Below are positions 16,000 through 25,436 of a stretch of DNA of 64,000 nt, piece after piece. Position numbers and translations under genes: made by a program. The stretch's first letter is position 1. Each line of letters begins with the position of its first letter. Origin of the DNA: an uncultured Actinomycetes bacterium (lineage in GTDB: Bacteria > Actinomycetota > UBA4738 > HRBIN12); NCBI GenBank assembly GCA_963810915.1, contig CAWEPH010000004.1, positions 67,788 through 131,787 on the forward strand. The letters run 5' to 3'. The notes beneath the pieces are model-generated. The model made no database searches. It was not told where the DNA came from and was given only the letters and a program-made list of their open reading frames with translations.

Positions 16000-16284
16000 C
16001 GTGGCTCCCTTCTGACATTCTCGTGGCGCCCATCACGGGCGGCGCACCGTCCCGTCCACCCTTGTTCGCCATTCGTAGCCCGGCTCCGCATACTTCCGAA
16101 GGGGAGAAAGGCCTGAGTCCGCTGGGGCTTCCAGCGTCAGTCGGCGGTCGGGGATCCTGAGCGACAGGCTCGCCGTGAGGTCGCCACTCCTGCCGCCCTC
16201 GAACCAGGTTGTGATTCTTGAATGCTCCCGGATCAGGCCAACCGGTCGCAGAGACCGACGGGCATCATGCAATCGCATCAGGTT

Positions 16285-17100
16285 CCCTGCCGTATCGTCG
16301 CGCCCAAGGCGAGCGACGGGAGGTCGAATGATGCGACTGGACGGCAAGGTTGCTCTCATCACGGGCGGCACCTCTGGGATCGGCGAGGCGACCGCCGTGT
16401 TGTTCGCCGCCGAAGGTGCGAACGTCGCGATCACCGGCCGCAGCCAGGAGCGCGGCGACGCGGTAGCCGAGCGGATCGCATCCGCCGGCGGTGAGGCGAT
16501 CTTCGTGCGTGGCGACGTGGGGTCAGCCGATGAGTGCCGACGCTCGGTCGATCGCACGATGGAGGCGTTCGGTCGCATCGACGTGCTCTTCAACAATGCC
16601 GGCGTCTACGTCGCCAACGACACCCTCGGCTGCTCCGAGGACGAGTGGGACGCGCAGGTCGACACGAGCCTGAAGGGGGCGTTCTTGATGTCGAAGTACG
16701 CGCTGCCGCACATGATCGAGCAGGGTTCGGGCTCGATCATCCACTGCGCGTCCGGATGGGGGCTCGTCGGCGGCGCCCGCGCCGTCGCCTACTGTGCGGC
16801 GAAGGGCGGCATGGTCGTGATGACGAAGGCGATGGCGATCGATCACGGACCGCAGGGCATCCGTGTGAACGCGGTATGCCCCGGCGACACCGACACGCCC
16901 ATGGAACACGAAGACGCCCGGCAGCAGGGCCTGGAGTGGGACGCGTACGTGCGCAGCGCGGTGGCCGGTCGCGCGATCGAGCGCATGGCCACACCCGAGG
17001 AGATCGCCCGCGCCGTGCTCTTCCTCGCGAGCGACGATTCCTCGTACATCACGGGAACGGCTCTGCCCGTCGATGGCGGGGGCGTTGCCGATTGAACGCC
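16285..17100 (+). repeat. segmental duplication copy A (about 816 bp, includes the intact SDR gene)
   Basis: Hand alignment with 32016-32830: shared from CCCTGCCGTATCGTCGC to TTGAACGCC, with only a handful of substitutions and small indels. Confidence 0.85.
16328..17095 (+). CDS. short-chain dehydrogenase/reductase (SDR)
   Basis: [22 protein letters not shown] (TGxxxGIG), NNAG, S...YCAAKGG catalytic Tyr-x3-Lys. ATG at 16328 lies inside the longer tracked ORF. Confidence 0.85.
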   Translation: MMRLDGKVALITGGTSGIGEATAVLFAAEGANVAITGRSQERGDAVAERIASAGGEAIFVRGDVGSADECRRSVDRTMEAFGRIDVLFNNAGVYVANDTLGCSEDEWDAQVDTSLKGAFLMSKYALPHMIEQGSGSIIHCASGWGLVGGARAVAYCAAKGGMVVMTKAMAIDHGPQGIRVNAVCPGDTDTPMEHEDARQQGLEWDAYVRSAVAGRAIERMATPEEIARAVLFLASDDSSYITGTALPVDGGGVAD

Positions 17101-17293
17101 CACGACTCACAGCCGCGCATGTCGATCGGCACCTAGCGCGATCCCGAGCTTCGATCCATGGGCGGCTCCTGAGCCGGACCGTGCAGCTCTGATGGACTTG
17201 TAGACAGTCATGAGTGGGTCCCTTCGCACCTGGTGCCCGTGGTCACTCTCTTGGCCCTGCATCAAGTACATGAGTGCGCGGGCCGGGGCGTGG

Positions 17294-18262
17294 TCAGATC
17301 GTGATGGCGATCTTCCCTCGTGCGTCTCCGGCCTCGAGGTGGTGCATGGCCTCAGGCACGCCGGCTAGCGGGTAGGTCCTGTCGATGATCGGAGTGACCT
17401 GACCGGCCTCGATGAACCGGCTCACCGCCTCGATGTGGGTGTGGCTCTCCTTGGAGGCGAGCATCGTCAGTCGCTGGCCCACGAACGGCGACAGTGCGAC
17501 CGCACGGAGCTGCCGGCCGAAGCCTCCCGTCAGGTTCCCGCCCTCTTCCCCGCCGACGATGACGAGGGTTCCCTTGGGAGCGAGTGCCCGACGGAGCTTC
17601 GACAGACGGCTGTTCCCGCCGACGTCGAGGATCAGGTCGTAGCGACGGTCGCCGTCGGCGAAGTCCTCCCGGGTGTAGTCGACGACATGGTCGGCCCCGA
17701 TCGAGCGGAGGAGATCGAGCTTCGCGGTGCTGCACACACCGGTGACTTCTGCTCCGAGGGCCTTGGCGAGCTGCACCGCGTAGGTACCCACACCTCCCGA
17801 CGCACCGATGATCAGCACCTGCTGTCCTGCCTCGATGCCGCCTTGGCGCAGCCCCTGGATCGCGGTTCCCCCGGAGATCGGCACGACCGCCGCCTGCTCG
17901 AAGCTGATGCCGGCCGGCTTGAGGGCGAGCTTGTCCTCTCGTGCGGCCGCGTACTCGGCGTACGAACCCCGGCTGATGCCGAACACCTCGTCCCCTGTCT
18001 TGAACCTGGTCACATCGGCGCCGATCGCGACGACGGTGCCGGCCACGTCCAGTCCCGCGACGCGATTCTTCGGACCACGGAACCCGAAGCCCATGATCCG
18101 CATCAGGTACGGCTTGCCCGTCAGGGAATGCCAGGTGCCCCGATCCATCCCGGCCGCGCGAACCTTCACCAGTACCTCGTTCGCCGCGATGTCGGGCGCG
18201 TCGATCTCTTCGAGACGAAGAACGTCGGCCGAGCCGTAGGTGTCCTGGACGATGGCTCGCAT
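17294..18262 (-). CDS. zinc-independent MDR-family NADPH:quinone oxidoreductase-like protein
   Basis: MRAIVQDTYG...EVLVKVRAAG...LIIGASGGVGTYAVQLAK...GKIAITI. Upstream in-frame starts at 18355 and 18409 are possible. Confidence 0.8.
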   Translation of the reverse strand: MRAIVQDTYGSADVLRLEEIDAPDIAANEVLVKVRAAGMDRGTWHSLTGKPYLMRIMGFGFRGPKNRVAGLDVAGTVVAIGADVTRFKTGDEVFGISRGSYAEYAAAREDKLALKPAGISFEQAAVVPISGGTAIQGLRQGGIEAGQQVLIIGASGGVGTYAVQLAKALGAEVTGVCSTAKLDLLRSIGADHVVDYTREDFADGDRRYDLILDVGGNSRLSKLRRALAPKGTLVIVGGEEGGNLTGGFGRQLRAVALSPFVGQRLTMLASKESHTHIEAVSRFIEAGQVTPIIDRTYPLAGVPEAMHHLEAGDARGKIAITI

Positions 18263-18419
18263 GACACCGCTCCTCGAGTCGTCGCCGTCGATCCGTCCGT
18301 CGGCTTCGATCGCGCTGATGACGTTCGGCTCTGCTCCCTGCTCGGTCCCTGCCATGGTCTGTCCCTCTCTCGTTGCGGGAGACGGCTTCGGCGGAGTTGC
18401 CGACCGCATCCTGAGTTCT

Positions 18420-18450
18420 CGTACTAAGTACCCGTACTAAGTACGGTACT
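18420..18450. promoter_or_regulatory. candidate TetR operator: tandem CGTACTAAGTAC repeats with GTAC cores
   Basis: CGTACTAAGTAC occurs at 18420-18431 and again at 18433-18444, followed by GGTACT. Lies in the divergent gap between the MDR gene and the TetR gene (ATG 18465). Confidence 0.45.
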
Positions 18451-18464
18451 GCTACCATGACGGT

Positions 18465-19139
18465 ATGGCAACCCCGGATCTCGAGGTCGGCGCGCTGGAG
18501 CGGACCCCGCTCAACCGTGAACGCGTGCTCCGCGGCGCGATCGCCGTCGCGGATGCGGGAGGCCTCGTCGCGCTGACGATGCGATCGCTCGCCAAGGAAC
18601 TCGGCGTCAAGCCCATGACGCTCTACCACCACGTCGCGAACAAGGACGAGATCCTCGACGCCATCACCGATGCCGTCTTCAGTGAGATCGAGCTACCTCC
18701 GGTCGATGCCGATTGGCGATCGGCGATGCGGGAGCGTGCGATCTCCGCCCGCAGCGCGCTGGGGCGTCATCCGTGGGCGACGCCGCTGATGCAGTCGCGC
18801 ACGAACCCCGGACCCGCGACGCTGCGGCATCACGACACGGTGATCGGCTCGCTCCGCCGCGCCGGATTCTCGGTCGGGATGGCCGCGCACGCCTTCTCGT
18901 TGCTCGACGCCTATGTCTACGGATTCGCGCTCCAGGAAGCTAGCCTGCCGTTCGATAGCGAGACTGCGCCAGAGGTCGCGGATGCGATCATGGCGCAGTT
19001 CCCCTCCGACGCGTACCCGTACCTGGCCGAGTTGACGATCGAACACGTCTTGCAGCCCGGCTACGACTACGGCGACGAGTTCGCGTGGGGGCTCGATCTC
19101 ATCCTCGAAGGCCTCGAGAGGCAGCTAGACACCGTCTGA
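18465..19139 (+). CDS. TetR-family transcriptional regulator
   Basis: HTH region [32 protein letters not shown], with a TetR-type C-terminal domain. Confidence 0.85.
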   Translation: MATPDLEVGALERTPLNRERVLRGAIAVADAGGLVALTMRSLAKELGVKPMTLYHHVANKDEILDAITDAVFSEIELPPVDADWRSAMRERAISARSALGRHPWATPLMQSRTNPGPATLRHHDTVIGSLRRAGFSVGMAAHAFSLLDAYVYGFALQEASLPFDSETAPEVADAIMAQFPSDAYPYLAELTIEHVLQPGYDYGDEFAWGLDLILEGLERQLDTV

Positions 19140-19234
19140 ACGGATGCGTGCACGGATCCAACCTGACACCAGCGAGTCAGGGTCCGCACTGCCGCTTGCG
19201 TGAACGTTACGGGTGCGCCCAGCATTGAAGAGGT

Positions 19235-19789
19235 ATGGACCAGGCATCGGGACTGGATCGGGAGCGGCTAACCGTGCTCCACACGGAGTCGGGATCGGAG
19301 GCGAAAGCCGCGGAGCCGCGAACCTTCGAGGACCTGTTCCAGGCCGAGCACGAGCGCGTGTTCCACGCGCTGTACCTCGTCACCGGCAACACGCAGGAAG
19401 CCGAAGAGGTCATGCAGGACGCCTTCCTGAAGATCTGGGAACGCTGGGACAAGGTGCGCGGCATGGAGAACCCGGCGGCCTACCTCTATCGCACCGCCAT
19501 CAACGGCGCCCTGAGCCGGCGGCGGCGCGTGGCCGTGGCGACCAAGCGCGCGCTGACCCCGGGTCCGGCCGAGGATCCCTTCGAGGCCGCCGACCTGCGC
19601 GACGAGCTGGTGGGCGCCCTGCGGACGCTCACACCCCGCCAACGAGCGGCGCTGATGCTGACCGATCTCTTGGGCTACCCCTCGGAGGAGGCGGCGAAGG
19701 CACTCGGCGTGGCGGCAGGGACGGTCCGCTCACTGGCCTCGCAGGGACGAGCCGCGATGAGGACGGCCATGGAGGCCCGCGATGCCTGA
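19235..19789 (+). CDS. ECF-type RNA polymerase sigma factor
   Basis: Region 2: AEEVMQDAFLKIWERWDKV...YLYRTAINGALSRRRR. Region 4: LTPRQRAALMLTDLLGYPSEEAAKALGVAAGTVRSLASQGR. Confidence 0.85.
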   Translation: MDQASGLDRERLTVLHTESGSEAKAAEPRTFEDLFQAEHERVFHALYLVTGNTQEAEEVMQDAFLKIWERWDKVRGMENPAAYLYRTAINGALSRRRRVAVATKRALTPGPAEDPFEAADLRDELVGALRTLTPRQRAALMLTDLLGYPSEEAAKALGVAAGTVRSLASQGRAAMRTAMEARDA

Positions 19790-21083
19790 TACCCGCACCG
19801 AGCTCGAGCGGATCACCCGGCGCATCCCGGTCCCGGTGCCCGCCTATGAACGGCTGCTCCTGCGCCGCGACCGCAACGTGCGGGTCCGAAGGATCGCCGC
19901 CGGCGCGGTCGGCGTCGCCGTGGCGTTCGCGCTGCTCGCAGGCCTCATCGGCGCGAGCCTCCTGCGCAGCCAGGGCGCGTCGAAACCGGCGACGACCGTC
20001 GGGCCCCTTCCCGGATCGTCGCTACCGTCGGGGGCGTTCGCGTTCGCGAGCAGCGACAGCCGTAGCGGCCGACCGCTGGGATCGATCCAGGTGTACGTGG
20101 AGGAGGCGGACGGATCGGTCACCCAGCTCACCCACGGGAAGGACAACAACGAGCCCGAGTCGTGGTCGCCGGATGGTACCCAGCTGAGTGTGCAGCGGAA
20201 CTTGGGGGATCGCCAGGGTCAGGATCTGTTCGTCGTGAACGCCAACGGCTCGGGCGAGACGCGCCTGACGAACGACCCGGATTGGGAGGGCTACTCCCAG
20301 TTCTCGCCGGACGGGAATCTGATCGCCTACGTGAAGCAGACCGCCCAGGGCGACGGCCTATACGTGGTGAGTCCCGACGGCACCGGGGAACGGCGGGTCT
20401 CACCCGCGGCCGGCAACGTCGGATCGTGGCAGAACCCCGTGCGGCCGTTCTCCTGGTCCCCCGACGGCAGGACGCTGGTGTTCGCTCAGAACAGCGAAGG
20501 CAAAGGGCCCCCATCTCACGACCCGTTGGATGCCCAGCTCTACATCGTGAACGCCGACGGCACCGGTTTCCACGGCCTGTTCGCTCCGCAGGATGCCGGG
20601 ATCGACGCCTCCTGTCAGAACCACGATCACGTCCTCAGCTGCGGACGGCTAGAGCAGCCCAGGTGGTCGCCCGACGGATCCAAGATCGCGTTCGTGGGGA
20701 TCACGCCTCCGAGCAGCGATGGCGGGCTCAGCCGATCGGACATCTACGTGGCGGATGCCGCGATCAGGAAGCTCACGGGCGTGAACGGCGCACCGGCCGA
20801 CGCGGGCTGCGACGCCCCGGCGTGGTCGCCCGATTCCTCCGAGATCTCCTTCAACTGCGGCCACTACGTGAATGTGATCAACGCCGACGGCTCGGGGATC
20901 AGAGTCGTGACCGACACGGGCTACTCCACGACCTGGTCCCCCGACGGCACCCAACTAGGCCTCTACGCGGACCCCAACGTCTGGTTCGTGAATGCCGATG
21001 GATCCGGCGGGCTCACCCAGGCCGCCGACGACGGACGTAACGACTTGGGCAGTCCCCTCTGGCGCCCGTCCGGCGGCCCCTAA
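19782..21083 (+). CDS. single-pass membrane protein with TolB-like PD40/WD40 beta-propeller (likely sigma-factor partner)
   Basis: Start overlaps the sigma gene stop. TM helix AAGAVGVAVAFALLAGLIGA. Seven SPDG-type repeats (WSPDGTQLS, FSPDGNLIAY, WSPDGRTLVF, WSPDGSKIAF, ...). Confidence 0.75.
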   Translation: MPDTRTELERITRRIPVPVPAYERLLLRRDRNVRVRRIAAGAVGVAVAFALLAGLIGASLLRSQGASKPATTVGPLPGSSLPSGAFAFASSDSRSGRPLGSIQVYVEEADGSVTQLTHGKDNNEPESWSPDGTQLSVQRNLGDRQGQDLFVVNANGSGETRLTNDPDWEGYSQFSPDGNLIAYVKQTAQGDGLYVVSPDGTGERRVSPAAGNVGSWQNPVRPFSWSPDGRTLVFAQNSEGKGPPSHDPLDAQLYIVNADGTGFHGLFAPQDAGIDASCQNHDHVLSCGRLEQPRWSPDGSKIAFVGITPPSSDGGLSRSDIYVADAAIRKLTGVNGAPADAGCDAPAWSPDSSEISFNCGHYVNVINADGSGIRVVTDTGYSTTWSPDGTQLGLYADPNVWFVNADGSGGLTQAADDGRNDLGSPLWRPSGGP

Positions 21084-21103
21084 CCACGACAGAGGAGGTC
21101 GCA

Positions 21104-21672
21104 CAATCCCCGAACTCCGCCCGCGGGAAGATCCTGCGCATGACGCCGTTCGGGGCGATCCCGAAGGACAACCCCAGCCGGCACTCGCGCATCTACGCGC
21201 GGCGGGTTCAGGAACTCGTTCGGCATGGGCTTCGACCCACGAACCCGCCGCCTCTGGGAGACCGAGAACGGTCCCGAGTGCAACGACGAACTCAACCTCG
21301 TGCGGCGCGGGGGGAACTTCGGGTGGGGTCCGTCCGCGACATGCAGCGGAAGCTCGCCACGCGACACGAATCAGGACGGGCCGGATCCCGTGCTTCCTCA
21401 GCGCCGGTACACGCCGACCATCGCGCCGACGGGTCTGGCGTTCTGCAGCGGATGCGGTCTCGGACCGAAGAGCGAGGGCGCGTTGTTCTTCGGCGCGTAC
21501 AAGACCGGCGAGATCCGGCGTGTGCGACTCTCACCCGATCGGAAGAGGGTGGTGAGGGTCGACGTGCTCGGTCGACCCGCCCGCTCGATCCTCTCCGTCG
21601 AGGTTGGTCCGAACGGGACGCTCTACTACAGCACCTACATCGGCGTCTACCGGCTGGTATCCAGGTGAGCAG
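21104..21672 (+). pseudogene. truncated, frameshifted 3' fragment of a PQQ-type sugar dehydrogenase gene (duplicate of 47648-48214)
   Basis: Near-identical to the 3' end of the intact gene at 47069-48211. Lacks the 5' two-thirds and carries one extra base near 21199-21203 (GCGCGGCGGGTTC versus GCGCGCGGGTTC). Confidence 0.85.
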
Positions 21673-21700
21673 GAGCGCAGAGGTCGGAGGAACGCTCGAC

Positions 21701-24537
21701 CTACGGGCCTTGCGGGCCGGGCGCGGCCGCTCGAGCGCTCTCTGCGAGCCTCAGCGCGAGTACCCGCATGACGCCGAGCGCGAGATCGGGGCGCTCGCGG
21801 ACCATGCTCTCGAACTCGCGGTGACCGATCCGGATCGTCCGCACGGGCCCTTCCGCGATCAGGGATGCGATCCTCGGGTTCCGCGTGATGATCGACATCT
21901 CGCCGACGACCTCGCCGGCGGTCCGTCGGGCGATCACGCGTTCGCCACCGACGCTCCCGCTGACGACGCGGATCACGCCTTCGCTCACGATGTGCATGGC
22001 GTCACCGAGCTCGCCCTCCCGCGCGATCGCCTCCCCGTCGTCGTAGCCCTGCTCTTCGGCGATCAGCGCCAACCGCTCGAGATCTCCGGGGCTGAGGTCG
22101 GCGAACAGCGGGATCCCGCGCAGGATGAGCACGCGCTCGACCACGGAAACGGTTGCTATGGATAGCGTCATCGTGTCTCCTTCTCGTCGTGAGCGGACGA
22201 CCTCCGCGCATCGACGGACGAGATCGTCCTCGTCCTCGAGCGCGGTCGTCAGCCAGCTCCCGTCATCGTGCGCTGTCGGGATCGGTTCCCAGAGCGCCAA
22301 CAGCGGGCCGACCGACTTCGTTGCGTCCGCTGCCTCGAGCGCCTCGAGCGCGCTCGCGCGGACGGAACCCGACCCGTCGAGGCGCTCGATCGCCGTGCGG
22401 GCGGCCTCGCGATCCGCGGCCACCATGCTCGCGGCCCAGAGCGCCGATCGCGCGGCGACACGGGCCCGCTCGAGGATCGCGGTGCGCAGCAGGGCCTCGA
22501 GGTCGGGGTCTTGCGGGGTCGACGCGACCAACGCGCGGTCCGTCTTCGCCTGATCGGCCGCCGACCGCACGAACGCCTGCACCACGTCCGCCGCACCGTC
22601 CGGCTCCATCCGACGCGCCGCCTCGATGCCGACGGCGACGGTCTCGGGGTCGCGGAGGGCCTGGAGGACATGGCCGATCGCGGGGGAACCGATCACGCCG
22701 AGCGCGCGACCGGCCGCCGATCGGACGGTCGGATCCGGTGCGTCGACCCGCTCCACGGCGGGCGCGAGCGCGCGTTCGGGCGCCGAGGACGCGAGGAGGT
22801 CGAGGGCGGCGGCCTGCACCAGCGGATCGGGATCTCCCAGGGATCGTTCCGCGAGGTCTGCGGCGAGCTCCGGAGGCGCCGCGTCCAGCTCCACCAACGC
22901 GACGGACCGGATCCCGGGGTCGGCGTCGGCGAGCAGCCGGTCGAGCCGCGTGGCGGCGCGGTCGTCGAGCGGAAGGGCGCGCGCGGATGCGGCTGCGCTC
23001 ACGGCCGTGTCGGCGTCATCGATCATCCCTAGCATCGCCTCGCGACCCGATGGCGTCGACGCGTCGATCGCCCCGACGGCCGCGAGACGGACGAGTGGAT
23101 CCGGGTCGTGAAGGCCCGCCGCGAGGGCATCCGACAGGGCGTGCGCGCGGAGCCCGGCGGCCAACTGGAACGCGAACCGCTTCGCGTGGAGGTCGTCGGA
23201 CCGCATCGAATCCGCCAAGACGCGGGCCGACTGCGCATCGACGTCGAGCGGCGCCGGGGTCCACGCCGTCGCCTTCTCGAACACCTGTGGTCGCGCCGCC
23301 AGCAACGCCCGCATGAGCGCGTCCACGTACGAGCGGCGGATCACGAGGACCACGGCGACCGTGAGGAGCGACGCGACGATCCCGATAATCGCGAACTGAC
23401 GCGCGGTGAGTGCGTCCTGCCCGACCAGCGCGACCAAGCCTGCGATCGCCGTGCCGACCTGCGCCGGGCCTCCGTTCAGGAACGCCCTCGTCTCGTCCCG
23501 ACGGTCGTCCGGCACTACGTTGACCAACGTCTCCCACGCCGGCGAGGCGACGCCCTGGAGCCAGACGCCGGTCGTCACCTTGAGCACGACGATCGTCGCG
23601 AACCCTGCGCCGACCAGCAGGATGCCGAAGGCTCCGAGGTACAGCAGCGGCAGCACCAGCATCATCGCGGTCACACCGAACCGAGCGAACAGCCGGTTCG
23701 TCAGCAGGATCGACATCAGGAACGCCCCGGCAGTGATCGACGCTCCGACGAGGCCGAAGAACCCGGCGAGCGCGTCCGTGTCGGTGAAGCGGTCCGTGCC
23801 GCTGTCGCGAACGGCAGGAACAAGGAATAGAACAGGACGGAGAACAGCACGGCCGCCACCGCCATGCCCGCCAACAGCCGGCTCCGACGGACATAGGCGT
23901 ACCCGCTCTTGATCCCCTGGAAGAGCGACGTCTGCCGCCCCGCCGGCGCCGGATGGAGCCCGGCGCCACCGAGGCAAAGCCGGCACAGCACGGTCGCGAC
24001 GACGAGCCCGCCGATCCATACCAGCAGCAGGTTCTCGACACCGAGCACGGCTGCGAGCGGTCGCGTGAGGAGCCCGCCCACGACCGCCCCGAGGATCCCG
24101 CCGGCGCCGAAGATCGGGAACAGCCGCTTGGCCTGGCGCGCGTCGACCACCGTGCCGGCGGTTCCCCACAGGCCGATCGCCTGCGCCAGCGTCGCGAACG
24201 CCACCGTCACCCAGAGCACCGGGTAGATCCACCGCGCGTCGGTCAGCAACACGCCGCGCTCGGCCAGCACCACGGCCGCCAGCAGCAGCGGCGACCAGAT
24301 GTAGATCGATCGGTGCGCGACGCGCTGCAGGACGGCGGTCAGAGCGAACATCGCCACCAGGGTCGTGCCGGCTTGCGCGAGATACATGAGGGGGAGTGCC
24401 TGGGTGCCGATCTGATCGAAGAACAGCGCGTTCACGGCGCTCTCCCCGATCGCCGCGCCCGCGAGCGAGACGAACATCAGCGCGGCCACGAGCGAGACGG
24501 TCCGGCGCTCGCTCGCGTGGACGCCGAGGAGCCCCAC
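21701..24537 (-). pseudogene. multi-TM transporter-like (MFS / ATP:ADP-antiporter-like) + HEAT repeats + C-terminal cyclic-nucleotide-binding domain; one frame change near 23820
   Basis: The N-terminal TM helices are in frame 23716-24537, and the TM helices continue in frame 21701-24232 (FGLVGASITAGAFLMSILL...). HEAT-like DPDPLVRLAAVGAI, DADPGIRSVALVEL, DPDPLVQAAALDLL. cNMP domain LRGIPLFADLSPGDLERLA...GELGDAMHIVSEG...GEVVGEMS...RIASL. Total length is 3n+2. Confidence 0.75.
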
Positions 24538-24550
24538 GATCGGTGGCGCC

Positions 24551-25384
24551 CTATCCGGCCGCCGCGGTCACCGGCGGCCGCACCACGAACGCGTCGACCG
24601 GGTAGCCCTTCAGCGATTCCAGGCGATGCTCGAGGCTGGCGCTCGCAAGCCTAGGCACGCGATCGAGCACCGGCTGTGTCACGAGGATCTCGCCCGCCGC
24701 GGCCTTCGAAGCGAGATGCGCTGCGATGTTCATCGGATCACCGAGGGCGGTGAAATCCCGTGCTTCCTGTTTCCCCACGATGCCGACGAAGGCCGACCCG
24801 GCATGGACCGCGACGCCGAGCGGCAGCCATGGACCGGTCGGCGAACCGTACCCGACGGCCACGAGCAGCGCGCCGGCCGCATCGACGGCGCGCTCGGCGT
24901 GATCGGGACCTGCCAGGAAGGGCAGGAACAGCCCGACGACCTCGTCCCCGACGTACTTCTCGACGATCGCGTCGTGTTCGACGAGCGCGCCCATCGACGC
25001 TCGGTAGAAGCGGTCCATGAGCTGCGTGAACTCGAACGTCGGCATGGCTCGTGCGAGCTTGCTCGAGCCGCGGACGTCCGCGAACAGCATCGATAGCTCG
25101 ACCTCCGCCCCACGCACCTCGGCGTCGCCCGGGGCGCCGGGGCACATCGCCGCGTGGATCTTCAAGCCTTTGAAGCAGCGACCACAGATGTTGGGGTTCT
25201 TCGCCCACGGCGTGAACCCGAACCGTCTGAGGACCATGGCGCCTGGGCGGCCGAAGGGCGCCCGACAGAGCTTGCAGCGCGGGCTGGAAGGCACGAAGCG
25301 GAGTGCGCTCTTGTCGTGGAGATGCGGGTGCGTTCCGCTGAGGAAATCGTGCCACTCCTCCTCGGGTGTCGCGTAATCCGTCAC
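24551..25384 (-). CDS. class III adenylate/guanylate cyclase with N-terminal Cys4 zinc-finger-like region
   Basis: CKLCRAPF...CGRCFKG, then SMLFADVRGSSKLA, VEKYVGDEVVGLF, ALGDPMNIAAHLAS. Confidence 0.8.
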   Translation of the reverse strand: MTDYATPEEEWHDFLSGTHPHLHDKSALRFVPSSPRCKLCRAPFGRPGAMVLRRFGFTPWAKNPNICGRCFKGLKIHAAMCPGAPGDAEVRGAEVELSMLFADVRGSSKLARAMPTFEFTQLMDRFYRASMGALVEHDAIVEKYVGDEVVGLFLPFLAGPDHAERAVDAAGALLVAVGYGSPTGPWLPLGVAVHAGSAFVGIVGKQEARDFTALGDPMNIAAHLASKAAAGEILVTQPVLDRVPRLASASLEHRLESLKGYPVDAFVVRPPVTAAAG

Positions 25385-25436
25385 GCGAAGCAGGGTAGTG
25401 CGTCACCCCTTCGTTACGCCACCGTCTCGAGGAAGG

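Noticed and set aside
16032-16060. Heptad-like series (GTGGACG / GTGCGCC / GTGATGG on the minus strand) upstream of the multicopper oxidase gene, resembling the SARP-box repeats.
   Set aside because: The spacing is 12 then 11 bp and the cores are degenerate. The set ends only about 30 nt from the ATG, on top of where the SD and 5' UTR must be, so it is not convincing as a third box.
16033-16275. Possible 81-aa minus-strand ORF (MRLHDARRSL...WFEGGRSGDLTASLSLRIPDRRLTLEAP...) in the 328-nt gap between the multicopper oxidase and SDR genes.
   Set aside because: No SD, mixed codon bias and no recognisable motif. Its upstream part is only the antisense of the SDR leader. It may be a gene remnant, but I cannot support a call.
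19199-19226. GTGAAC-N17-CATT, looking like an ECF-type promoter in front of the ECF sigma gene. Similar CGTGAACG strings occur at 9169-9177 and 12803-12811.
   Set aside because: The -10 part does not match CGTT well. The predicted start would cut off the visible SD (GAAGAGG). One of the three occurrences points away from any gene. This is probably chance in GC-rich DNA.
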